64,000 bases of DNA from Octopus vulgaris (lineage: Eukaryota): contig OX597814.1 of assembly GCA_951406725.2 (NCBI GenBank), forward strand, positions 218,054,001-218,118,000. The letters are read 5' to 3'. The position numbers were made by a program, and so were the translations under genes. Position 1 is the stretch's first letter; each line of letters opens with the position of its first letter. Under the pieces are notes generated by a model that did not search any database, was not told the DNA's origin, and saw only the letters and a list, made by a program, of their open reading frames with translations. Below are positions 54,197-64,000 of this stretch, one piece after another.

Positions 54197-54939
54197 ATAT
54201 ATATATGTACATAAATATAAAACTAATTATCTAGTTGATATTTGCGAGTGACAAGGTTAATTTGTATTACGTATAACGATATATCGCTGATGAAATATTT
54301 TATAATTTCGTTTTCTACTTGACATTCAACATATTGCTAGTTACGCGAATATTTTATAAATTTATGAAATCGTCATCTGAAAAAAGAAAAGAAAAAGGGA
54401 ACTCGAATTGTTGCTTTATGTGGCAATGAACTCGCATCCAGGAAGACAATCAATGCAGCTAAATGAATCTGTTGGTGCTGTCCAGAAATATTTGTCTTGT
54501 TTCCTTCAGACAGTTCAATGCAAACAGTTTGAAGGACCACGCAGAACTCATGGCGTACTCTTCAAATATTGCCTTTGTGCAGCATCTCTATTTATATCGA
54601 GTAATGTCAAACAAGTAGAGTTGCCAGCAAAGTAAAATGCCGCACGAACACATTAAAACGTCGATTGCATAAATACTTTTAGCTAGTTGCAATACATCTA
54701 GTGCAAAAGAAAGGAAGAAAGAAATAAAAGGACAAGAAGAAGATCATCACGGAATAGAAAAATAATTTAGAATTGTCCGTATTCAGAAATCATTATAACC
54801 GGAGTAAGAAGGACTAATTTAAACTTGTCTTTAGTGACGAAACATCCATTAAGCCACTTGCATTTAACTCTCATTCGTCGCCCATCAAACACAAGGTAAA
54901 ACCCCAGATATGTACTTTCAGGATTCAACCAATGATATC

Positions 54940-55070
54940 TTTTATCTTTTACTTGTTTCAGTCATTAGACTGCGGTCATGCTGGGGCATCCAAGTTGTTC
55001 TTTTTGTTAAGCCTGGTAACTTATTCTATCGGTCTCTTTTGCCCAGTGGGGGATAAACATTGGCAAAGAA

Positions 55071-55112
<42 letters not shown>

Positions 55113-56066
55113 CGGGCTTCTTTCAGTTTCCGTCTACTAGATCACCTTATAAGGCTTTGGGGATCTTTTCCTTTTGAACGGCACTTTGTAACACAATTTC
55201 TAGTTAACTAAACACTTTTAAACTTCGTATACTGGTAGAATGTGTTTATATAACATCATTTTTTTCTTGGCTTTATTGAGAAAATTCTATAGGTTGTAAG
55301 ATATTTCGTCTGAAATTTCGAGCATTTCGACAATTTTAACCAATCGCTGACCTCCATTTGGGGTGAAAACATTCCGTGCTGTATGAATATGTCCCTCGGT
55401 TTAAGAAACAGATTGGGTTTATTTACATTTGCGAAGAAAAAAAGATACCCTTCCCCGAGAAAAAATCCCATTTTCCGTAGCGGTGTCAAATGAAATTGTC
55501 ACCCATAATTATAAGCCTAGTATCGATCTATTGCATTTCAATCTATTTTAGATTTAGGGTTAGATTTAGGGTTAGAGTTAAGGTTAGGGTTAGGATTAGG
55601 GGTGGGGGAAGGGTATCTTTTTTTCTTCGCAAATGTAAATAAACCCAATCTATTTCTTAAATGAGGGACATATTCATACAGCACGGAATGTTTTCACCCC
55701 AAATGGAGGTCAGCGATTGGTTAAAATTGCCGAAATGCTTGAAATTTCTGACGAAATATCTTACAACCTATAGAATTTTCTTAATAAAGCCAAGAAAAAA
55801 ATGATGTTTTATTTTGACACATTCTACCAGTATACGAAGTTTAAAAGTGTTTAGTTAACTAGAAATTGTGTTGACATGCGCCGTTCAAAAGGAAAAGATC
55901 CTAAAAGTGTTTAGTTAACTAGAAATTATGTTACAAAGTGCCGTTCAAAAGGAAAAGATCCGGCTTTGGTTGGCCCGAGGCTATAGAAGACACTTTCCGA
56001 AGATGTTATACAGTGGGACTGAACCCAGAACCCTGTGTTTGAGAAGCAAGCTTTTTACCACGCAGC
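54940..56066 (-). mobile_element. Diverged SINE family A interrupted by MITE M1
   Basis: SINE sequence aaggctttgg resumes as ggctttggttggcccgagg after the MITE. Confidence 0.8.
55161..55961. mobile_element. Fold-back Merlin-like MITE, family M1 (second copy)
   Basis: Same TIRs as 34274; 8-bp TSD ggctttgg; TTAGGG run at ~55553-55601; 60-bp tandem duplication of the right end. Confidence 0.88.
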
Positions 56067-56292
56067 ATTGCTAGAAAACCATTTCTACAAAGGATGATCA
56101 TAATATAGCGGGGACTCGAACCATGACCGTTTGGTACACTTGTTAGGCACTACAAGTATGCCACCAGAGTTTTATGGGATTGATCTGCAAATTGACCAAT
56201 GAGCGTGAAGTTGTGGTGTGATACAGTTTTCTCGAACGTTCTAAAATTTAATCTCTTGTTCTCTATATTTAAAAAAAAAAAAAAATTACATA

Positions 56293-56457
56293 GGCGCAGG
56301 AGTGGCTGTGTGGTAAGTAGCTTGCTTACCAACTACATGGTTCCAGGTTCAGTCCCACTGCGTGGCACCTTGGGAAAGTGTCTTCTACTATAGCCTCGGG
56401 CCGACCAAAGCCTTGTGAGTGGATTTGGTAGACGGAAACTGAAAGAAGCCCGTCGTA

Positions 56458-56490
<33 letters not shown>

Positions 56491-56710
56491 GTGCGTGTGT
56501 GTTTGTGTGTCTGTGTTTGTCCCCCTAGCATTGCTTGACAACCGATGCTGGTGTGTTTATGTCCCCGTTACATAGCGGTTCGGCAAAAGAGACCGATAGA
56601 ATAAGTACTGGGCTTACAAAGAATAAATCCCGGGTCGAGTTGCTCGATTAAAGGTGGTGCTCCAGCATGGCCGCAGTCAAATGACTGAAACAAGTAAAAG
56701 AGTAAAAGAG
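56293..56710 (+). mobile_element. Full-length SINE family A
   Basis: Family A head and tail. Confidence 0.93.
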
Positions 56711-56965
56711 AGAGTATATATGGAGTTAATGATATCCAAAGTCATCGCCTGACATGAATCTATGTAAAAAGCATAGGATTCATAAAAAAAATTGCGGTTT
56801 ATGAGGTTGCATAAATTTCAGTTTTAAAAGAGATGATACAATAAGCTAGGACACGATAGACACCAGAATAATACTAAAATTTGGTCAAAAGTTTACAATA
56901 TAACATTTATAGCTGAACCTTTGTAAACTGTTCTCAGGTTAACTACTTATTTTATTAAAACATAT

Positions 56966-57378
56966 TACTCTTTTACTCTTTTACTTGTTTCAGTCATTTG
57001 ACTGCGGCCATGCTGGAGCACCGCCTTTGGTCGAGCAACTCGATCCCGGGACTTATTCTTTTTGTAAGCCCAGTACTTATTCTATCGGTCTCTTTTTGCC
57101 GAACCGCTAAGTGACGGGGACGTAAACACACACCAGCATCGGTTGTCAAGCAATGCTAGGGGAACAAACACAGACACACAAACACACACACATACATATA
57201 TATATACATATATACGACGGGCTTCTTTCAGTTTCCGTCTACCAAATCCATTCACAAGGCATTGATCGGCCCGAGGCTATAGCAGAAGACACTTGCCCAA
57301 GATGTCACGCAGTGGGACTGAAACCGGAACCATGTGGTTGGTTAGCAAGCTACTTACCACACAGCCACTCCTGCGCCT
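56966..57378 (-). mobile_element. Full-length SINE family A
   Basis: Family A head and tail; inverted relative to 56293-56710. Confidence 0.93.
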
Positions 57379-58169
57379 ATGTATATATGTTTGTTTGTTT
57401 TTTTTTTTTTTTACTTATATAATCAACTGTGGTTTAATAAAACTATCCTAATATCGCCTTTGTGTTGAATCTCCATTTACATCAGACAGTGCATTCAGAC
57501 TTTTGACTTATAACTACAACTGAAATTTGAAACCGAGATGTGACCTCACTTTATTTGGAGTTAGGGCTTCACTTCGCCTTTGCGAGCCACGGGAATAAGT
57601 ACCAGTAAGAGTCAATCAACTGTTTAAAGTGATCATTTCCCCTCGCTCGGCAGTAAACAGTTTGTGCTTAATCTAAAGAAACCACTATTTGTTTGCCGAT
57701 AAAATCTTTTGTAGACTGTTTCAGAAGTGACGTGTCCAGCTAACTAACGCACTGTTTTCAAAAGGGTGGAAGTGTTATGTAAATCAAAGTCACGATACAC
57801 TAGGTCTATAATAGTTTCTGTTGTCATAAGAAAACTATGTTTATTACAGATAACTTTTCACGTTTGGTTAGTTAAGATGCGGGTTGCAGTGTAACCACGG
57901 TAACACTTCGTAATCACTGAGAGCTATTTTGACTGCAAGTACTGATTACAACGTATGATTAGGAATATCCCCCCTCCCATCTGCATTTTTTTTTTTTAGT
58001 CTAAAGATAGATCCAATAATAATAAAATTACTACTTCCCAGACAACTGTTATGAACTGCTGACAGGCGGTTTTTCCATATCCTGCTGCGGAGAGAAATTC
58101 CGATCGATATGTGATTAGTAAAGAAAAATAGATAGAGGATGGTTGCAATTTTACCTTAATGGAACAAAC

Positions 58170-58585
58170 TTTCGGCGGAATCGTCAGTGCGTCGGTAAAA
58201 ATGCTTAGCAGCATTTCTTCCGGCTCTCTCTGAGTTTAAATTTCGCTTAGGTCGACTCTGCCTTTCAGCGTTTCGGAGTCAATACCAGTTGAGCACCGGG
58301 GTTGACGCAATCAACTTAACCGTTCCACTAAAATTCCAGGCCTTGTACCAAAAATTGAAACTATTTAAAGGCGGTGAGCTGACAGAATCGTTAGCACGCC
58401 GGACAAAATGCTTAGCAGCATTTCGTCCGTCTTCATGTTCTGTGTTCAAATTCTGCCGAGTTTGACTTTGCCTTTCATCCTTTTGGGGTTGATAAAACAA
58501 GTACCAGTTGAGCACTGGGGTCGATGTAATGAACTTGGTCCCTTCTCCCAAAATTGCTGACCTTGTGCCAAAATTTGAGACCATT
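58170..58585 (+). mobile_element. Two SINE family C copies
   Basis: ggcggtgagctgacagaatcgttagcacgcc head and family C core. Confidence 0.8.
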
Positions 58586-58606
58586 ATCATTAAGTCAGTA
58601 GATTTG

Positions 58607-59780
58607 CAACAAGGCTCTTGGAGAAGCAAGTCGACTAGCAGCGATTCTTGTCGCTGGACGGAGAGTCCAGTGAAAGTGCTCGGAGTCTGCTTCGGACCAG
58701 ATCTCCAGATAGATAAGAACTGGAAAGAGGTCGTGACTAGGGTAGCCAAGCTCACCCAGAAATAAGCAGAAAGGAAACTGTCACTGAAAAGCCGGGTGGA
58801 AGTAGCGAATGCATATATCGCCTCGGTAGTGTACAACCGCCGAGCCGTCTTACCTTGTCATAAGGAAACTCTGACCAGATTGGAGTGCTCACTTTTCCGA
58901 TTCTTATGGAAGGGTCAGGTTCCGCTGGTTAGAAAATTCATCTGCTGTCAACACCCACACCGTGGTGGTCTTGGGATGTCATCCTTAATGATGCAGTGCC
59001 ATGCTTTGAGGCTGTCGCACCTTCAGAAATATCTAAATCACTGCGATGATGTGGACGACGACGAAAATAGGGGTGAACTGGTGTGGGCGTCGTTTGTGCG
59101 ACACGTCTTTCCACAGCTCATATCATTGACAGAGCTGCAGTCACAGGTCAAACATAGACCACGGTTGGGTGTTTGGCATCTAGAATGCTGCCAGGGGCTC
59201 ACTGCATTGTACCAGCTACCCAAAACCGTTAGCAGGAAAACAACCCACGATTTCTATAGGGGGATAGTTGAGGGCATAAGTGATGATGGCCTAGGATTGG
59301 ATCTAGGCACCGACGAGAACAGTCTGAGTAGTCTTTTCCAGAGGATATTTTGGGTCGAAGTTCATGGACAATTTCCAAAAGTCTTTGGTTTGGCAGTCCT
59401 ACAGAGGGGCATTGCCCGTTCGAGATAAGCTCTTCAGGATCTACTTTGAATATGCTTTTCTAAGCAGGAAGAAAAAAAACTGGTAGAGGGCACTTTCCCA
59501 TGCTTTGGAGATGGCAGCGTAATCCGGGATTTTTGTGTGGGGTTTACCCCGAATTATCCTAAGTGTACAGCTCCGCTATTGGGGATTCAATTTATTTATT
59601 TATTTATTATTTCTCTACTTTCTAATATGAATCCTTTGTTATATTCTTTAATGTGGTCGTATCTCTCCTTGATTGATCTTAACTTCACATGTTTTTGTAG
59701 TTTTTGTAAATTTTTGTGCTGTAACTCGTCTTTCGATATTGTCCTCCATGTCTTGGGCCCTTGTGGCCAATAAAAGAAAT
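58607..59780 (+). mobile_element. Tx1/L1-clade LINE fragment with 3' UTR
   Basis: VKVLGVCFG..NWKEV..RKLSLKSRVEVANAYIAS..FLWKG..GGLG (ORFs 58508-58765 and 58796-59428); ends cccttgtggccaataaaagaaat followed by (CAT)n. Confidence 0.82.
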
Positions 59781-59850
59781 CACCATCATCATCATCATCA
59801 TCATTATTATTATTATTATTATTATTAATATTATTATTATTATTATTATT

Positions 59851-60127
59851 CAGTAGTTTTATTTTTATAGCGTGCTTTCACTTCACTACCGAGCGCAGTT
59901 CTGTGTGTCTTGGGTATGTGCTGTGATTTGTTGTGATGCTCTGATGGTTATTGTATGGAAAGTGTTCTGTGTAGGATGTGTGCAGTGCCTAGTAGTGCAA
60001 TTTTCTGTATGTTATATGTGTTTGTAAGTCCTGGTGTTTTTGTTATGTATTTGTCTGAATATTTTTTTACCATGCCTAATGCACCTACTATGATAGGAAT
60101 TGTTTCTGCTTTTAGATTCCACATTCT
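59851..60127 (-). mobile_element. R4/Dong-clade LINE 3' end, inside (TAA)n
   Basis: MWNLKAETIPIIVGALG...IQKIALLGTAHILHRTL is the C-terminus typical of R4/Dong restriction-like endonuclease ORFs; bounded by TTA repeats. Confidence 0.8.
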
Positions 60128-60152
60128 AATTATTATTATGATTATTATTATT

Positions 60153-60669
60153 GAGTGAGAGAGCAGCACACGTCATCAAGGTGACTCTGTGGTACAAATA
60201 TATGAAACCCAATGTATCCATCATGATTACTCGTCTGGCACATCCATCAGGCACATGCATCACAACCATACATGTGTGACATGGTCACCTGATATCAAGA
60301 TAGTGTATGACCTTGTAGGTGGGGGCCCAGTTAGATTTCTCTTCAGGTTGAGTACCCTATCCCGCTCAAAAGGTCTCTGAATAAGGGTTGTTTAAGGACG
60401 ATGATCGAAACACATATTTCCAGGAGTGAATTACTCAAACCTCAAAGAGTCCCTCTCAACGCATGGCTATGATACTCTCCCACTATTTCTACTCGTTATC
60501 AGAGATGCACATATCGTCAGCCACTAAGGGACATGCCCAACTGGTTAAGGTCAAACAACTGACAAGCAAATCTGTGGTATTGAGTAGAATATTTGCTGTA
60601 CCCCATCTTTTATACCAAGACAAAACAATGTACATGTTAAGATCAGAAGCCCTGAGAGCCACTGCCTGG
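60153..60669. repeat. Unclassified segment bounded by trinucleotide microsatellites, probably a retroelement UTR
   Basis: Sharp boundaries at (TTA)n and (TCG/TCA)n; no ORF. Classification is a guess. Confidence 0.3.
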
Positions 60670-60696
60670 TCGTCGTCGTCGTCGTTGTCATCATCG

Positions 60697-60742
<46 letters not shown>

Positions 60743-60754
60743 TATTATTATTCA

Positions 60755-61330
60755 GGCGGCGAGCTGGCAGAAACGTTAGTACGCCGGGCGAAATGCTTGG
60801 CGGTATTTCGTCTGCCGCTACGTTCTGAGTTCAAATTCCACCGAGGTCGACTTTGCCTTTCATCCTTTCAGGGTTGATTAAATAAGTACCAGTTACGCAC
60901 TGAGGTCGATATAATCGACTTAATCCGTTTGTCCTTGTTTGTCCCCTCTGGTTTTAGCCCCTTGTGGGTAGTAAAGAAATAGGTAGTTCGCCCGTCGCTA
61001 CGTTCTGAGTTCAAATTCTGGTGAGGTCGACTTTGCCTTTCATCCTTTCGGATTTGATTAAATAAGTACCAGTTACGCACTGGGGTCGATATAATCGACT
61101 TAATCCGTTTGTCTGTCCTTGTTTGTCCCCTCTGGTTTTAGCCCCTTGTGGGTAGTAAAGAAATAGGTAGTTCGCCTGTCGCCACGTTCTGAGTTCAAAT
61201 TCCACTGAGGTCGACTTTGCCTTTCATCCTTTCAGGGTCGATGAAATAAGTACCAGTTGAACACTGGGGTCGATGTAATCGACTCATCCCCTCCCCAAAA
61301 TTGCTGCCCTTGTGACAAAATTTGAAACCA
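60755..61330 (+). mobile_element. Tandem array of three SINE family C units
   Basis: One head GGCGGCGAGCTGGCAG, then ~185-bp units repeating from the B-box region. Confidence 0.88.
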
Positions 61331-61469
61331 TAATTATTACTATTCTTATTTAGGCGGCGAGCTGGTAGAATCGTTTGCACGTGGGGCAAAACTATTTCTT
61401 GTGGTTTGCATTTTAATTTCCATTACAAGCATTTATTTGCCTTTTAAAGATATCTTTCCAAGTTTTATT

Positions 61470-62339
61470 ATTAGGAAACTTCGATGGGCCTGCAGCTCGG
61501 AAGACGGAGATCCATGCCGATCCATGCCGTCATGAGGCTCTGTAAGGACAAACCGATTAATTTTTTTTTTTTTTGGTGAGGGTGGGGCTGGTTTGATCTG
61601 AGCCTCCAGGTGGAGAAGGACTGGGGCATGGTGGCGAGTAGAGTGACCAATCTCACCCAGAAATGGACTAAGAGGAAGCTATCCTTGAAGATTCGGGTGA
61701 AGATGGCGAACACCTAGATTGCGTCCGTCATCTACTATCGCCTCGCCATCGTACCTTGCCCTGCTTCATGGTTGACCAAACTGTAGTGCTTGTTCTTCCA
61801 CTTTCTGTAAAATGGAGAAATTCGCTGGTCAAACAGTCCGTTTGCTGTCAATATCTACAGCATGGACGACTGGGCTTACCATGGCTAATGATGTGCAGAT
61901 GTACGCTGAGGTTGCGATATCTCTGCCGCTTCCTCTTGCTCACCGTCATCCACACTTGCTCACTGTCGTCAGATTTACTTTCCCACGGCTCGTCTCTTTG
62001 ATAGAACTGTAATTCTGGCTGAAGTAGATACCGAGGCAGGGCACTGACACCTAGAATCCTGAAATGCGGTCGGTGGAAGTTCCACTATAGCGTTGAAAAG
62101 GGGATTAGTAATGAGCCAGAGCAACGACGTCTTCGAGATTTTGGGTACCGACGAGTATCAACTAGCCGGTCTGTTCCGGGGCTCATGAATAATTTTTCAG
62201 AAATTCCTAGCCTAGCAGTGCTAACGGGTGTCATCATTATTTTATTGCTTACACGCATTTATGTAAGCCCACGTTGTACTATATTGTATCGTCCTATATC
62301 ACTCTTGCTCTTTTAGTAAACTCTTAGTGGTTAATAAAG

Positions 62340-62345
<6 letters not shown>
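61470..62345 (+). mobile_element. Heavily decayed Tx1/L1-clade LINE fragment
   Basis: LQVEKDWGMVASRVTNLTQKWTKRKLSLKIRVKMAN parallels the 58607 copy; ends gtggttaataaagaaat followed by (CAT)n. Confidence 0.7.
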
Positions 62346-62379
<34 letters not shown>

Positions 62380-62380
62380 A

Positions 62381-62780
62381 AGGCGGCGAGCTGACAGAGT
62401 CGTTAGCACGCCAGGCGAAATGCATAGCCGTATTTCGTCTGCCGTTATGTTCTGAGTTCAAATTCCACCGAGGTCGACTTTGCCTTTCATCCATTCGGGG
62501 TGATAAATTAAGTACCAGTTACTCACTGTGGTCGATGTAATCGACTTAATCCGTTTGTCTGTCCTTGTTTGTCCCTTCTGTGTTTAGCCCCTTGTGGGTA
62601 GTAAAGAAATAGGTAATTCACCTGTCTTCTCATTCTTCTTTCAAATACCGCCGGAGTCAACTTTACCTTTTATCCTTTCATGGTCGATTAAATAAATACC
62701 AGTTACGCACTGGAGTCGATGTAATCGATTTAATCCCTACCCCCAAATCTGAGGCCTTGTGCTTCTAGTAGAAAGAATTA
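62381..62780 (+). mobile_element. SINE family C, full unit plus partial tandem unit
   Basis: Family C head, core and tail. Confidence 0.88.
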
Positions 62781-62793
62781 TTATTATTATTAC

Positions 62794-62891
<98 letters not shown>

Positions 62892-63141
62892 TTAAAAAGG
62901 ATTGATGTAACTCCTCACAAAGGTAAATAGACAAGACGAAAAGCACGATTCGATTGTAATAGATATTTTATTGGTTGAACGATATTTCGACGGTAAGTCA
63001 AGTTCAAAATAAGAAGTGATAAAAATTCAAAATTATAGAAATTTAAATTCCAAGTTTAGTCTTCACTTTAACACTCTCCCAACTCTGCTATGATCATCTC
63101 ATCTGCTTTTTTTCCGATTTCTTTTTTCAAACATAGTGTTT

Positions 63142-63142
<1 letters not shown>

Positions 63143-63179
<37 letters not shown>

Positions 63180-64000
63180 TTAATGTCTGTTGTCTATGTT
63201 GGCATAAGTCGGACGGTTTGACCTGGGCTGGCAAGCTTGAAGGCTGCACCAGACTATCAATCTGATTTGGCATAGTTTCTATGGCTGGATGCCTTTCCTA
63301 ATGCCAACCACTCCAAGGGTGTAATGGGTGCTTTTATGTGCCATTTTTGTGACACCAGTATCTGTCACAGCTGTGATTTTACTTGGCTTGATGGGTCTTC
63401 TTCTCAAGCATGGCATTACGCCAAAAGTCTCAATCATTTGTCATCACCTCTTTGGGGCCCAACACTTGAAAGGTGCTTTTTATGTGCCACTGGCATCAGC
63501 CACTTTACCTCTGTGAGGCCCAATGCTCGAAAGGTGCTTTTTATGTGCCACCAGCATATGTGACACCAGCATCGGCCATGACTAAAATTTCACTTGCCTT
63601 GCTGGGTCTTCTCAAGCACAGCATATCACCAAAGGTTTCAGTCCCTAGTCATTGCCCCCGTGAGGCCCAAAGTTTGAAGATCATGCTTCACTACCTTGTT
63701 CTATGTCTTCCTGTGTCTACCCCTAATACAGGTTCCTTCCACAATTAGAGATCGGCACTTCTTTATACAGCTGTTCTTATCAATATGCATCATATGACCA
63801 TACTAGTGCAGTCATCTCTCTTGCACACCACATCTGATGCCCAACTTTTCTCTCAAGATGCTTACACTCTGTTGAACATGCACACTGACATTGCACATCC
63901 AGTGAAGCATACTGGCTTCATTTCTTTCAAGCCTATGCATGTCCTTGGCTGTCACAGCCCATGATTCACTGCCATGTAGCATAGCTGTTCACACACGGGC
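63143..64000 (-). mobile_element. RTE-clade LINE 3' portion (decayed RT C-terminus, tandem-unit 3' UTR)
   Basis: Minus strand AMLHGSESWAVTAKDMHRLERNEASMLHWMCNV..LREKLG..YGHM..GRHRKT..DLQTLGL, followed by gtggcacataaaaagcacc units and a (GAT)n tail. Confidence 0.8.

Noticed and set aside
62975-63007. Hammerhead-like stems ttgaac..GACttaccGTC-GAAATATC-gttcaa on the minus strand
   Set aside because: The CUGANGA core is absent; at best a deleted relic.

Overview
Eukaryotic, AT-rich, repeat-dominated DNA. The SINE set and microsatellite load strongly suggest a coleoid cephalopod (Octopus-like); this is inferred, not verified. No intact host protein-coding gene is recognisable, and most long ORFs in the track are microsatellite artefacts. 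The window holds three tRNA-derived SINE families, decayed LINE fragments (CR1/L2-like, two RTE types, RTEX-like, Tx1/L1-like, R4/Dong-like), two decayed Penelope-like elements (PLE; RT and GIY-YIG), a disrupted Helitron Rep-helicase with several non-autonomous Helitrons, a Tc1/mariner (maT-like) remnant, and GG-ended MITEs with 8-bp target duplications (Merlin-like), one family being an ~800-bp fold-back carrying TTAGGG repeats. Most notable: (1) six loci (five sequence families) with minimal type I hammerhead-ribozyme motifs in short, often inverted modules next to (TA)n arrays, including core variants U3-A8 and U4C; (2) each SINE family appears to share its 3' tail with a different LINE clade present in the same window, two of them with compensatory stem changes; (3) a possible spliced non-coding or 5'-UTR transcript on the minus strand at ~4.3-6.9 kb.
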